The translations under genes and the position numbers were made by a program. DNA of 35,527 nucleotides from positions 1 through 35,527 of the IMG/VR virus record IMGVR_UViG_2734482778_000013; one strand, 5' to 3'. Each line of letters starts with the position of its first letter. Positions within the stretch are counted from its first letter, which is position 1. Below the pieces are notes generated by a model. The model made no database searches. It had not been told where the DNA came from and saw nothing but the letters and a program-made list of their open reading frames with translations. Below are positions 15,635 through 25,420 of this stretch, piece by piece. The DNA comes from a virus (taxonomy: Duplodnaviria > Heunggongvirae > Uroviricota > Caudoviricetes).

Positions 15635-16525
15635 ATGTCGAAACTGAAAACAGACTGGGTGGTCGTAGCCACTTCAGGCCCCACCATCGACGGTCGGGAA
15701 ATTGATCCAAAGTGGCTGACGGATGCCGCCGAGGTTTATAACCCGGACGAACACACTGCCATGCTCTGGCCGTTTCATGCCAGCGCCGGCTGGCGTGCTT
15801 TCACCAATAACTATGGTCTTGTTGATGCACTGAAGGCAGAAAAAGTCGGTGATAAAGTGCAACTGAAAGCCCGCCTGATACCCAACCGCTTTCTGACCGA
15901 AGCCAACGAGGCCGGACAAAAACTTTTCACCTCCATAGAGGTAAAGGAAAACTACCTGGGGACAGGCAAATTCTTTGTATCCGGCATCGCCGTGACTGAC
16001 ACACCGGCCAGCATCAACACCACCCGCCTGCAATTTTCGCAGGGAGATTCCATTCACATGGGTAATGCGGAAGAACTGAATTTCACGCTGCAGTCTGACG
16101 ACGAGCAGGCCAAACGCAGTTTCTTTTCCGGTCTTTTCTCCATGGGACGCGACAAACAGGAAAACGATATGAACGAAAAGCAGTTCGACCAGTTGATGGA
16201 CGCCATCAACAAAACCGGCGAACGTCTGGGCAAACTGGAAGAAAACGTCGCGCAGTTCAGCGCGAAGGATGCCCCGAAAGATACCAATAATAACAAGCCG
16301 GAAGGCAGCACCGGCGATCAGGGGCAGAACAACGCAGAACAGAACAACAAGGACGAGAAAACCTTCACGCTGACTACCGAGCAGGGCGAAAAGCTGTTCT
16401 CCACAGTGAACGCCATCGCGGAGAAGGTTACCAGTATGGAAACCGCATTTGCTGAACTCAGCAAGGACGCCACGAAGCTGCCGGGCAACAATCCGGCCGG
16501 TGGCGAAACTTTTAACCTGGTGTAA
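15635..16525 (+). CDS. O: Capsid scaffolding protein (P2 gpO-like)
   Basis: 296 aa; acidic, low-complexity C-terminal half; synteny. Confidence 0.85.
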   Translation: MSKLKTDWVVVATSGPTIDGREIDPKWLTDAAEVYNPDEHTAMLWPFHASAGWRAFTNNYGLVDALKAEKVGDKVQLKARLIPNRFLTEANEAGQKLFTSIEVKENYLGTGKFFVSGIAVTDTPASINTTRLQFSQGDSIHMGNAEELNFTLQSDDEQAKRSFFSGLFSMGRDKQENDMNEKQFDQLMDAINKTGERLGKLEENVAQFSAKDAPKDTNNNKPEGSTGDQGQNNAEQNNKDEKTFTLTTEQGEKLFSTVNAIAEKVTSMETAFAELSKDATKLPGNNPAGGETFNLV

Positions 16526-16539
16526 CCGGAGAGAACGCA

Positions 16540-17553
16540 ATGAACATGACACCAGAAGCACAAAAGCTGGTTAATCAGTACATCAGCGAACTGCAAAAAA
16601 CATTCAGTGACTGCGGGAAATCAAGCGATCGTTTCTTTTCGCTGACCGAGCCACGCAGTATTGCTCTGCGTAAAGCCCTGCTGGAAAGCACGGAATTTCT
16701 GAATTTCACCACCTGCATGGATGTTCCGCACCCGCAGGGGCAGGTCGTCACCGTGGGCGAATCCACGCTGCGCACCGGTCGCGTGAAAAGCGGTCGTTTC
16801 GCCAAAGGTTCTGGCATCAAAGGCAACGAATTCAAACTCGTTGAAACTGATTCCTGCTGTGTGATCACCTGGGAACAACTCGCCATCTGGGCGAATGCCG
16901 GCAGCCCACAGGAATTTTTCAACCTGATGAACTCCGCCGCCGTCACCAACTTTGCGCTGGATATGCTGCGCATCGGCTTTAACGGTAAAACAGCCGCAGA
17001 AAACTCCGATCCTGAAAGTAACCCGAACGGTGAAGACGTCAACATCGGCTGGCATGAAATCGCCAGAAAGTGGGGAGAACAGCCCGGCAATACCTCCCGC
17101 ATCCTGACAGATGCCGTTACCCTGGGCGAAGGCGGTGATTATGTCGGCCTTGATGCCATGGCCTCAGACCTGATCCGCACTTACATCCCGGCGCAGTATC
17201 ACAACGATCCTCGCCTTACCGTGCTGGTTGGCGCAGATCTTGTGGCTGCTGAAGAACTGCGCCTCTACAACAAAGAGGACAAGCCTACCGAAAAAGTGGC
17301 CGCACAGTTGCTGACGAAGAACATCGCAGGCCGCAAGGCCATCATTCCGCCGTTTATGCCGGGCAAGCGTATGGTAGTGACCATGCTGCCAAACCTGCAG
17401 ATCCTGACGCTGAAGGGGTCCCGCCGTCGTAAGGCAGAAGATGTGGGCGATCGCAAACAGTTCGAAAACTCATACTGGCGTTATGAGGGGTACGCCCTGG
17501 GCGATCCGGATTTATATGCTGCCGTGGATGAGTCTGCGGTCACCATCGCCTGA
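16540..17553 (+). CDS. N: Major capsid protein (P2 gpN-like)
   Basis: 337 aa; GGAG RBS; synteny after scaffold. Confidence 0.9.
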   Translation: MNMTPEAQKLVNQYISELQKTFSDCGKSSDRFFSLTEPRSIALRKALLESTEFLNFTTCMDVPHPQGQVVTVGESTLRTGRVKSGRFAKGSGIKGNEFKLVETDSCCVITWEQLAIWANAGSPQEFFNLMNSAAVTNFALDMLRIGFNGKTAAENSDPESNPNGEDVNIGWHEIARKWGEQPGNTSRILTDAVTLGEGGDYVGLDAMASDLIRTYIPAQYHNDPRLTVLVGADLVAAEELRLYNKEDKPTEKVAAQLLTKNIAGRKAIIPPFMPGKRMVVTMLPNLQILTLKGSRRRKAEDVGDRKQFENSYWRYEGYALGDPDLYAAVDESAVTIA

Positions 17554-17570
17554 TAAACGGAGCGCACGGT

Positions 17571-18281
17571 ATGCCAACGCCAATGCAGCGACAACGTGCC
17601 CGACAGATGGATGAGCGCCGTGCAGCACTCATGACCAGAACGGACGGGAGCGCCGTCAGTACAGAGAGCCAGCACATTAAGCTGCTGGCACTGGATAACG
17701 ACATCAGACAACTGCACAACATGGAGCTGCTGTCTGACAAGCTGGAATTCAAGCGGAACACGCTGCTGCCCCGCTGGCTGCCACACGCACAGGCTTATCT
17801 GGAGGGGGAACGCGTCTATCAGAATCCCATTCTGGTGTACTGCATCATCTGGCTGTTCGATACCGGGCAGTTTGAGCTGGCGCTGCGGTGGACTGACATT
17901 GCCATTGAGCAGGGACAGAAGACGCCGGAGAACTTCAAAAGCGAGCTGCCAACGTTTGTGGCCCATTTCATTCTTGAATGGGCAGAAACCGAAGCTGAAC
18001 GCGGGAACAGTATCGCGCCATATTTTCAGCAGGTGTTTGAAAACATCCGTGACAAATGGCGCGTGAATGAACGCCTTGCTGCCCGCTACTGGCGCTTTGC
18101 AGGCGTCCTGCTGTTGCGCGGCGATGACGGTAAACCGCTGGCCAGTGCAATTAACGATCCGGAGAGACTGCAACAGGCCGACCAGTGTCTGGAACAGGCT
18201 GCCTGGCTGCATCCAAAAATTCAGGTGAAAACCCTGCGCCAGCGCATTGCCGCAAGACTGCGCGCGTTGCAGGGCACGTAA
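17571..18281 (+). CDS. M: Terminase small (endonuclease) subunit (P2 gpM-like)
   Basis: 236 aa; synteny after capsid gene. Confidence 0.8.
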   Translation: MPTPMQRQRARQMDERRAALMTRTDGSAVSTESQHIKLLALDNDIRQLHNMELLSDKLEFKRNTLLPRWLPHAQAYLEGERVYQNPILVYCIIWLFDTGQFELALRWTDIAIEQGQKTPENFKSELPTFVAHFILEWAETEAERGNSIAPYFQQVFENIRDKWRVNERLAARYWRFAGVLLLRGDDGKPLASAINDPERLQQADQCLEQAAWLHPKIQVKTLRQRIAARLRALQGT

Positions 18282-18379
18282 ACGACTCCCAACAACCGGG
18301 CGGGCGCGGTGGAGGTGTGCCGGCAAAAGCCATCAGCACACTGCGGAAACCGGTCAGCCCGCCTTTCCCCGGAGTGAGC

Positions 18380-18874
18380 ATGTTTGACGGGAAAAGCATT
18401 CACTATCAGCAGGCCATTATTCAGAACGATGGATTCTGGCCGGATATTGATGCCGGCGATTTTGAAAAGAGCCGCAGCATCCCCGCCGTCACGTCACACA
18501 AAACGGTGCTGACGGCGCTGCTTTGCGCGGTAACAGAGATTAACACTGAACTGGCTGCACGCCGTGAATACTGGCAGGAACAGGGCCACATCCGGGCCGC
18601 TGATATTCCGGGTTACACCGTGTTGCAACCAGAGCCGCGCAATACGGATGCACAACCTGAACGGATGCAGAACCACATTACAGCACTGTACACCAAGGCT
18701 GTGTACGCCCGCGCAAAGGCCGATCTTTTGCCGGAATCTGCCAGCGTGGGGCGGCGTGAGGCGCAGCCATCATCAGAAGCCAGCGAGAGCCGCCGGACGT
18801 TGCTGGCTGAAGCGGCCATGGCGGTGCGGGCGCTGCTGGGCCGACCGCGCGCCTCCATTGCACTGATTGATTAA
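18380..18874 (+). CDS. L: Head completion/stabilisation protein (P2 gpL-like)
   Basis: 164 aa from ATG 18380 (MFDGKSIHYQQAII); ORF-track start 18185 is an in-frame upstream extension. Confidence 0.75.
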   Translation: MFDGKSIHYQQAIIQNDGFWPDIDAGDFEKSRSIPAVTSHKTVLTALLCAVTEINTELAARREYWQEQGHIRAADIPGYTVLQPEPRNTDAQPERMQNHITALYTKAVYARAKADLLPESASVGRREAQPSSEASESRRTLLAEAAMAVRALLGRPRASIALID

Positions 18875-18883
18875 GGAAATGGT

Positions 18884-19357
18884 ATGACGCAACTCGCAAG
18901 CCTGACGGCATTCATTGAAAACAATCTGCCGGCACGCGCACGCATTCCGTTCACCAGTGACATGGATGACATCACGCTCGTTCCGTTCACGAAGTCGCTG
19001 GGGCACGGGCAGTTATGTACGCAGGTCCGAAAATATACGGCTTTTCTGCGATGGGACGCATGGCCCTATCGTCAGCTCAATCCGGATTTGGTGTTTTCTC
19101 TGGTTGAAGCCTGGCTGGCAGACAACGGCGGCGACCTGCGCCAGCGCCTGGCACCGGATGCGCCAGCCGTTGACGTCGAAGTGGATGATGAAAATGAAGT
19201 GGCATGGCTGGAAATCAGTCTGCCGCTGGTTGATCCCATCACCCTGATTGAGGACGAAAACGGTCCCATCCCCAGAGGCGGGAAACGTTACCAGCTGGAA
19301 AAGCCTGAAATCTGGGTGGCTCAGGCGCATCAGCTTCACTGTCAGGTGATGCCATGA
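18884..19357 (+). CDS. R: Tail completion protein (P2 gpR-like)
   Basis: 157 aa; motif LVEAWLADNGGD parallels P2 gpR as recalled. Confidence 0.6.
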   Translation: MTQLASLTAFIENNLPARARIPFTSDMDDITLVPFTKSLGHGQLCTQVRKYTAFLRWDAWPYRQLNPDLVFSLVEAWLADNGGDLRQRLAPDAPAVDVEVDDENEVAWLEISLPLVDPITLIEDENGPIPRGGKRYQLEKPEIWVAQAHQLHCQVMP

Positions 19358-20067
19358 CGCGCCCCGTGATTAACGAGTCACAACTCCGGCAGGTTCGCCG
19401 CGCCATCAGAGAGGCAGAACTTCCGCCGGCAAAGGCCAGAAAGCTGCTGGTTCGCATTGCGAAATACGGCCTGATACCGGCTGCACGACGCAATGTGAAA
19501 GCACAGCGAACACCGGAGGGGGCAGCCTGGGCACCACGAAAAAGACCGGATAAAGCCAGCGGCAGGTATAAAAACAAAATGCTGCTGGGACTGCCGAAAC
19601 TGCTGGCCATCAAGGTTGACGGCAGCGGGAAAAGTGTCCGCCTTTTCTTCAAAAAAGGGGATTACAACACCGGCTCTCATGGCGGGGCGGTCGCGTGGGT
19701 GCAACAGCACGGCGCAACCATCAAAGGCCGCGCAACAAAACGCCGGAACAGCGAAGCCATGCGCACTCGTCCCGCCACACGACGGCAGGCAGAACGCCTT
19801 CTTTCTCTGGGCTTTCGCGCCCCCGTCGGCGCAGTCAGCAAAAAAACCGGACGCAGGGGACGCAGAAAGCCTTCCCTGAAATGGATTATGGAAAACATGA
19901 GTATGGCGCAGGCCGGGCTGGTGATCAGCATTCTGAAAGGCGAACAGAAAAAACGTGTATGGGAAATCAAAATTCCCTCCCGCGCATTTCTGGGAGCCAG
20001 TAACGCTGAATTTGCCCGCATTCTGGAGGCGCAATTGCGCAGCCTGCATTACGGCGGCACGAGATAA
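19354..20067 (+). CDS. S: Virion morphogenesis/tail completion protein (P2 gpS-like)
   Basis: PEGAAWAPRKRP motif parallels gpS-family PDGTPWAPL; ATGA overlap with R; basic central insertion. Confidence 0.65.
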   Translation: MTRPVINESQLRQVRRAIREAELPPAKARKLLVRIAKYGLIPAARRNVKAQRTPEGAAWAPRKRPDKASGRYKNKMLLGLPKLLAIKVDGSGKSVRLFFKKGDYNTGSHGGAVAWVQQHGATIKGRATKRRNSEAMRTRPATRRQAERLLSLGFRAPVGAVSKKTGRRGRRKPSLKWIMENMSMAQAGLVISILKGEQKKRVWEIKIPSRAFLGASNAEFARILEAQLRSLHYGGTR

Positions 20068-20086
20068 CAAAATCAGGAGACAAATT

Positions 20087-21235
20087 ATGACCTGGCCATC
20101 TGTCACAATTGAACAGTACAACACGTTCAGTAGCTCGCCGGACGGCGTGGAAAATACGCTGCTGTTTGTGGGCAATGCACAAAACAACAAAGGTAAGGTT
20201 CTGCCGGTTAATGCCAACAGCGATCTGGATGAACTGCTGGGAACGAACGCCAGCCCGCTGAAGAATTTCCTTCAGTCCGCACTGACCAATGCCGGACAGA
20301 ATGCCTTTTTCTATGTTGCCGTTCTGCCGGAAGCAGGCAGGGGCAAAGAAGCGACGCCAGCCTGCCAGGCATGGCAGAACGCCGTACTGGCGGCTCAGGA
20401 AACTGTTTCAGTTGAAGGCGCGGTGATCACCGAACCAGTCAGCACGAAGGATGACATCAACGCCATACAGGCGTTACGTCAGACCATCATCAATAAATAT
20501 CAGCGCCGCATATGGTTCATCCTGACCATCGCCGCCAACGACAACAGTAAAACCTGGGCGGAATACGTTGCCGAACTGACCACGCTACAGAAAGGCATTG
20601 CAGCTCCGCAGGTCATGCTGGTTCCGGAGATTTTTGGATTTGAACCGGGCGTTCTTGCCGGTCGTCTGTGTAACAGCGCCGTCACCATTGCTGACAGTCC
20701 GGCACGTGTGGCAACCGGGGCCCTGTCCGCACTGAAAACCACAGAACGCCCGAAAGACAGCGCAGGGCAGGCAATTGATCTCGCCACCCTGCAGGCACTG
20801 GCAGCCGCCCGCTACAGCGTGCCCATGTGGTATGCCGACTATGACGGCCTTTACTGGGCCGACGGCGTGACACTTGAGGTTGAAGGCGGGGACTACAACG
20901 TCATTGAGCATGTCCGCATTGCTGATAAGGTGGCGCGCCGCGTACGGCTGATGGCCATCCCCAAAATTGCCGATCGCTCACTGAACAGCACACCAGGCAG
21001 CATTGCCGCACATGAAACGCTGTTTGCCCGCCCGCTGCGTACCATGGCGAAATCCACGCAAATTAACGGCATCACGTTTCCGGGCGAAGTGAAATCGCCA
21101 CAAAAAGGCGATGTGTCCATCACCTGGCAGGACGAAAAGACGGTCAGCATCAGCATTGTTGTCCGCCCTTACGCCTGCCCCAAAACCATCAAAGTGGGCA
21201 TTCAGCTGGACAAATCTCTGGAGGAGAACGCATGA
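20087..21235 (+). CDS. Contractile tail sheath protein
   Basis: 382 aa from ATG 20087 with AGGAGA RBS; directly followed by tube gene with ATGA overlap. Confidence 0.8.
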   Translation: MTWPSVTIEQYNTFSSSPDGVENTLLFVGNAQNNKGKVLPVNANSDLDELLGTNASPLKNFLQSALTNAGQNAFFYVAVLPEAGRGKEATPACQAWQNAVLAAQETVSVEGAVITEPVSTKDDINAIQALRQTIINKYQRRIWFILTIAANDNSKTWAEYVAELTTLQKGIAAPQVMLVPEIFGFEPGVLAGRLCNSAVTIADSPARVATGALSALKTTERPKDSAGQAIDLATLQALAAARYSVPMWYADYDGLYWADGVTLEVEGGDYNVIEHVRIADKVARRVRLMAIPKIADRSLNSTPGSIAAHETLFARPLRTMAKSTQINGITFPGEVKSPQKGDVSITWQDEKTVSISIVVRPYACPKTIKVGIQLDKSLEENA

Positions 21236-21687
21236 CAACCCGCATTAACGGCATGGCCTTTGATGTTTATGTTGGCGGAACGGATATCCGCGTAAAAAAC
21301 ATTTCGCTGGATATCAGCGACGAAAGCGCCGTGGCCAAAACCCGTGGCATCCCTGACGGCAAACTGCGCGGCCCCGTCAGTGCCGAAGGTGAAATCGAAA
21401 TGAGCACCCGCAGTTTTAACCAGCTCGGGGAAGCGGCCGCTCAGGCGGGATCGTGGCGTGACCTGCCATCAATGGATTTTGTGTTCTACGCCAACACAGG
21501 CACCGAAGAAATCCGCGTTGAAGTCTTCGGATGTGAGCTGATGCTTTCGAACCTGTTAAGCATTGACACCGAGAGCGCGGATCTGACCACGCACAAAATC
21601 AAGTACGTGGTGGCAAGCCCTGACTTTGTACGTATCAACGGCGTGCCCGTTCTCTCAGAGAACGACGTGCGCGGGCTGATGGGGTGA
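21232..21687 (+). CDS. Tail tube protein
   Basis: 151 aa; position immediately after sheath. Confidence 0.75.
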   Translation: MTTRINGMAFDVYVGGTDIRVKNISLDISDESAVAKTRGIPDGKLRGPVSAEGEIEMSTRSFNQLGEAAAQAGSWRDLPSMDFVFYANTGTEEIRVEVFGCELMLSNLLSIDTESADLTTHKIKYVVASPDFVRINGVPVLSENDVRGLMG

Positions 21688-21690
21688 ACC

Positions 21691-21987
21691 ATGCAGGAGC
21701 ATGAGCGCACCATTATCACCCTGGGCATTCTGGGCGGAATCGCTGCTGCAAGTCGGGTGCTGGCTGGCGCAGAGCCGATTACGTTGCGGTTGTTTGTGGG
21801 CCGAACCCTGCTGGGGAGCGCGCTGGGGGTTTCTGCCGCCGCCCTGCTGGTTCGTTACCCGAACCTTGACCCACTGGCCATTGCCGGCGCAGGTACCGCA
21901 ATGGGCGTTGCCGGTTACCAGATTGTGGAAATCTTCCTGCGCCACATGCGTCGGAAGCTGGACGAAAAAGAGAACAAAGAGGAGTAA
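21691..21987 (+). CDS. Holin (class I-like, three predicted TM helices)
   Basis: 98 aa with three hydrophobic segments and a charged C-terminus RHMRRKLDEKENKEE; immediately upstream of endolysin. Confidence 0.7.
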   Translation: MQEHERTIITLGILGGIAAASRVLAGAEPITLRLFVGRTLLGSALGVSAAALLVRYPNLDPLAIAGAGTAMGVAGYQIVEIFLRHMRRKLDEKENKEE

Positions 21988-21992
21988 CCGCA

Positions 21993-22076
21993 ATGCAGTC
22001 CCGCAGGGATCAGAAAGCCGCTGCCATTGTCTGGAAAATTATCCGGGCGTTGTGGCGCTGGTTGCGTAAACCTTAA
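21993..22076 (+). CDS. Candidate 27-aa basic peptide between holin and endolysin
   Basis: GGAG RBS 8 nt upstream; MQSRRDQKAAAIVWKIIRALWRWLRKP; below ORF-track cutoff. Confidence 0.25.
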   Translation: MQSRRDQKAAAIVWKIIRALWRWLRKP

Positions 22077-22096
22077 CAACCCCGTAAGGAGCAAAA

Positions 22097-22438
22097 ATGA
22101 AACTCTCCGATAAGCAACAACAATTTACCGTCATGATCGGAAAACTCATCCAGTTTGCCCATCAGCGCGGTTATGGCCTGACGTTCGGTGAGGCGTACCG
22201 CACGCCAGAACAGGCAAAACTCAACGCACAAAAGGGATCAGGCATCGCCAATAGTCTGCACTGTCAGCGACTGGCGGTGGACTTTAATCTGTTTATTAAC
22301 GGTGAATACCAGACCCGCACAGAGGCTTACCGCGAACTGGGCGAGTACTGGGAATCCCTTGGCGGTTCATGGGGCGGTCGTTTTAAAAACCGCCCGGATG
22401 GCAATCATTTCAGCCTTGAGCACGACGGCGTGCGCTGA
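22097..22438 (+). CDS. Endolysin, peptidase M15 family (zinc L-alanyl-D-glutamate/D-Ala-D-Ala peptidase-like)
   Basis: Metal-ligand motifs SLHCQRLAVDF and DGNHFSLEH; AAGGAG RBS; adjacent to holin. Confidence 0.75.
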   Translation: MKLSDKQQQFTVMIGKLIQFAHQRGYGLTFGEAYRTPEQAKLNAQKGSGIANSLHCQRLAVDFNLFINGEYQTRTEAYRELGEYWESLGGSWGGRFKNRPDGNHFSLEHDGVR

Positions 22439-22445
22439 TTTTACG

Positions 22446-22480
22446 CTTAATAAGCCTTCCTGCAGGCTTATTAAGCCCTC
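22446..22480 (+). terminator. Hairpin after endolysin gene (possible terminator)
   Basis: 11-bp perfect stem CTTAATAAGCC / GGCTTATTAAG followed by a T-rich tract. Confidence 0.4.
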
Positions 22481-22505
22481 TTATTCTTGACTTTAAAAGG
22501 AAATA

Positions 22506-22796
22506 ATGATGAACGATAAAAACACCCAGACTACCGCAGAAAACGCCATCACTTTACAGGTCGGTGAACATGAGCTGACGTTTATCCCGACCGTTAAAGC
22601 CTACAACGAACTACAGAACGACTTCATGCCGGATAACAAAATCGCGCCGCTGAAAAACTACCTGCGCCGCATCGTGATTAAAGAGCACCGCGATCTGTTG
22701 AACCAGTTGCTGGAAAAACCGGGAATGCCGGCCAGTCTGGCAACTGCCGTGAATAACGAGTTTGTGCCGGAAGTGGAAATCACCGTAAAAAAATAA
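22506..22796 (+). CDS. Tail assembly chaperone (P2 gpE-like position)
   Basis: 96 aa located between tube/lysis genes and tape measure gene; ends at slippery A7 tract. Confidence 0.6.
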   Translation: MMNDKNTQTTAENAITLQVGEHELTFIPTVKAYNELQNDFMPDNKIAPLKNYLRRIVIKEHRDLLNQLLEKPGMPASLATAVNNEFVPEVEITVKK

Positions 22797-22984
22797 AAAG
22801 CCATCTGGGGGCCATTGATCGCAATGACCTTACCCGGATGCTGATCCTGCGCCGCCACTGGCTGCCCGGCGAGGATGACTCGCCGCAGTCACTGGCTGCC
22901 GCCGTCTGGCTGGATAACCACTACTGGGAAAATATGAGCATCGCCGTCAATAACGGCATTATCCGTGCTTTTAAGGGATCGTAA
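22506..22984 (+). CDS. Tail assembly chaperone -1 frameshift fusion product (gpE+E'-like)
   Basis: Slippery heptamer A AAA AAA at 22787-22793 directly before the 0-frame stop; -1 frame is open for 63 codons and terminates at 22982-22984, overlapping the tape measure ATG. Confidence 0.55.
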
Positions 22985-25080
22985 TGTCACAACAGCGCCT
23001 TGAATTACTTCTTGAACTGACAGACCGCCTGACAAGGCCGTTGCGTGCAGCCGGGCGACAGGTTCAGGGATTTGCTGCAACAAGTCGGGGAGCCTTTCGG
23101 GACATTGCTACCGGGGGCGCTGCGCTTTGGGGAGTGGGGGCAGCCATTCAGGGGGCACTGATGCCAGCCATTGAAATGGACAGGGCGCTCGGTGAGGTGA
23201 AATCACTGGGCGTCGCAGAGTCCGGATTGCGTAAACTCAGCCGCGCCGCCGTTGATTTCACTATGGAATACGGCGGGGCTGCGCAGGATTTTGTGCGTGC
23301 TTCTTACGACATCCAGTCAGCCATTGCCGGGTTAACTGACGATGAGCTGTCCCGCTTCACCACCGCATCAGCAACGGTGGCAGCAGCAACCAAATCCAGC
23401 AGCCAGACCATTACCGCCTACATGGGCACCATGTACGGCATCTTTAAAGACCAGGCTGATGCCATGGGAAAAAGCAAATGGGTGGAGCAGGTCGCCGGGC
23501 AAACCGCCACCGCCGTACAAATGTTTAAAACAACCGGCGATAACATGTCAGCGGCGTTCACCACGCTGGGTGCCAGTGCAAAAGCGGCCGGTATTGATGC
23601 GGCTGAACAGTTCGCCGTGCTGGGACAACTGCAGGCCACCATGAGTGGCAGCGAGGCCGGGACAAAGTACAAGGCATTTCTTGCCGCAGTAGGCAGCGCC
23701 CAGAAAAAGCTGGGGCTTAATTTCGTGAATAAAGACGGCACGATGAAAAGTGTTGTCGAGATCATGAAACTTATCAGGGGTAAATTTGGTGATCTGTCAA
23801 AAGTGGCTGATTCCGATTTGCTGAAAAGCGCCTTTGGCTCCGATGAAGCTGTGGCCATGATTAAATTACTCAATGCGGACATTGGCGGACTGGAAAAGAA
23901 TATCGCCACGCTGGGCAATATCAAAGGTATGGATAAGGCTGTCGAAATGGCACAAGCCATGGCCGATCCGTGGGAACAGGCCGCTGCTATTATTAACGGC
24001 ATTCGCATTGAAATTGGCACACAACTGTTGCCCGTTCTGTATCCATTCATCCAGAAAAGCAACGAAGGCGGTAAATCCTTTGTTGCCTGGTTGCGTCTGT
24101 ATCCAAACATCACACGTGCAATCGGCTTATTAAGCGCGGCACTTATTGGTGTTGCGGCGGTTGGCGCAACGGTCAATATCGTAATGGGGGTGGCGAAATT
24201 TATCTGGGTGGGATTACGCATAGTCTGGATGGCCGCAATCGCACCACTGAAATTAATCATCTTTCTGTATCGCGCCCTGAAAGTGGTTATGCTGGCGTTC
24301 TGTGCTACTGCCCGCATGGTCAGGGCATTATATCTGGCGATGAGTATCGCCATGGGGGCGCACAATGTCAGGGCCAAAATTCAGATTGCACTGCTGAAAC
24401 TGCAACGCGTCGGTATGTGGCTTTATTCTGCCGCACTGGGCGCTGCAGCTGTGGCCATGAAAATTTATACCGCTGTTACCGGTGGCGCAGCCGTTGCCAC
24501 TCAGCTACTTTTCAGCCCGATAACGTTAATCATCCTGGCACTGGCTGCGCTGGGCGTGGGCATTTATTTTCTGATTACCCGCTGGGATGAGATCAAAGCT
24601 GCACTGATGGATACAGCCGCTTTTCAGTGGGTAACCAGTGTCATAAAAAATATAGCTGTATGGTTCGGAAATACCTGGAAAGGCATTAAAAGCGGCTGGG
24701 ATGCCGTTATTAATTATTTTTCCACCCGCTCACCACTGGAAATATTTCAGGATTATGTCCGTCTGATTAATAAATTATTTTCAGGACTATGGCGCACAAT
24801 TATCGGTATGTTCAGCTCAGCATTCAGATGGATTGCTGACAAGCTGAATATGCTCCCGGGTATAAATATTGATGTACCAGAAATTACAGATAATAGTGAG
24901 GGTTCTGTATTAACCGGTGGAAAAGTCATTAGCGCCGGGCCAGGTGGCATTGCGGCAAAAATGCAAAATAACAGCGACAGCCAGACCACAATTGATAACT
25001 CCCGTCGCGTGGTCAATGTCAATGTGCAGGATGCGTCCCCGGCCCACCTTAATGAATGGATGGAGCTGCATGCATACTGA
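22984..25080 (+). CDS. Tail tape measure protein
   Basis: 698 aa; Ala/Gly-rich with hydrophobic central segments; follows chaperone frameshift pair. Confidence 0.85.
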   Translation: MSQQRLELLLELTDRLTRPLRAAGRQVQGFAATSRGAFRDIATGGAALWGVGAAIQGALMPAIEMDRALGEVKSLGVAESGLRKLSRAAVDFTMEYGGAAQDFVRASYDIQSAIAGLTDDELSRFTTASATVAAATKSSSQTITAYMGTMYGIFKDQADAMGKSKWVEQVAGQTATAVQMFKTTGDNMSAAFTTLGASAKAAGIDAAEQFAVLGQLQATMSGSEAGTKYKAFLAAVGSAQKKLGLNFVNKDGTMKSVVEIMKLIRGKFGDLSKVADSDLLKSAFGSDEAVAMIKLLNADIGGLEKNIATLGNIKGMDKAVEMAQAMADPWEQAAAIINGIRIEIGTQLLPVLYPFIQKSNEGGKSFVAWLRLYPNITRAIGLLSAALIGVAAVGATVNIVMGVAKFIWVGLRIVWMAAIAPLKLIIFLYRALKVVMLAFCATARMVRALYLAMSIAMGAHNVRAKIQIALLKLQRVGMWLYSAALGAAAVAMKIYTAVTGGAAVATQLLFSPITLIILALAALGVGIYFLITRWDEIKAALMDTAAFQWVTSVIKNIAVWFGNTWKGIKSGWDAVINYFSTRSPLEIFQDYVRLINKLFSGLWRTIIGMFSSAFRWIADKLNMLPGINIDVPEITDNSEGSVLTGGKVISAGPGGIAAKMQNNSDSQTTIDNSRRVVNVNVQDASPAHLNEWMELHAY

Positions 25081-25420
25081 TAAACCGCTTTACATTGATT
25101 TGCTTATCACCGGTCGCAATCTCACGCTGAACAGCGCCGCCGAACCGGTGCTGTGCAACAACAGGGAAAGCATTGCCCAGGACTGCCAGCACGCCATCAT
25201 TGAAAGCGGACTGGCAACGCGCCTGCTGGCTGAAAAAAGCCCGACGCTTCGCGCCGACATTATGATGCAGATGACACTGCTGATTGAAGATGATGAGCGC
25301 ATCACACCCGGCACGGTCAGTGTGACAGAGGAAACCCCGCTTTCCGGCCGCCTGCTGATTAGCGCCCACACCGAAGATTTTTTTGATCCCCTGACTTTTA
25401 CGGTATCTCTTGATGATTAA
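25070..25420 (+). CDS. Small baseplate protein (gpW/gp25-like or DUF2590-like)
   Basis: 116 aa from ATG 25070 with GGAG RBS; sits between tape measure and J-like gene. Confidence 0.45.
   Translation: MHTDKPLYIDLLITGRNLTLNSAAEPVLCNNRESIAQDCQHAIIESGLATRLLAEKSPTLRADIMMQMTLLIEDDERITPGTVSVTEETPLSGRLLISAHTEDFFDPLTFTVSLDD

Noticed and set aside
17481-18326. 281-aa minus-strand ORF
   Set aside because: Antisense to terminase small subunit and head completion genes, which have strong synteny support.
23418-24377. 319-aa minus-strand ORF
   Set aside because: Antisense to the tape measure gene; Ala-rich mirror of the sense-strand composition.
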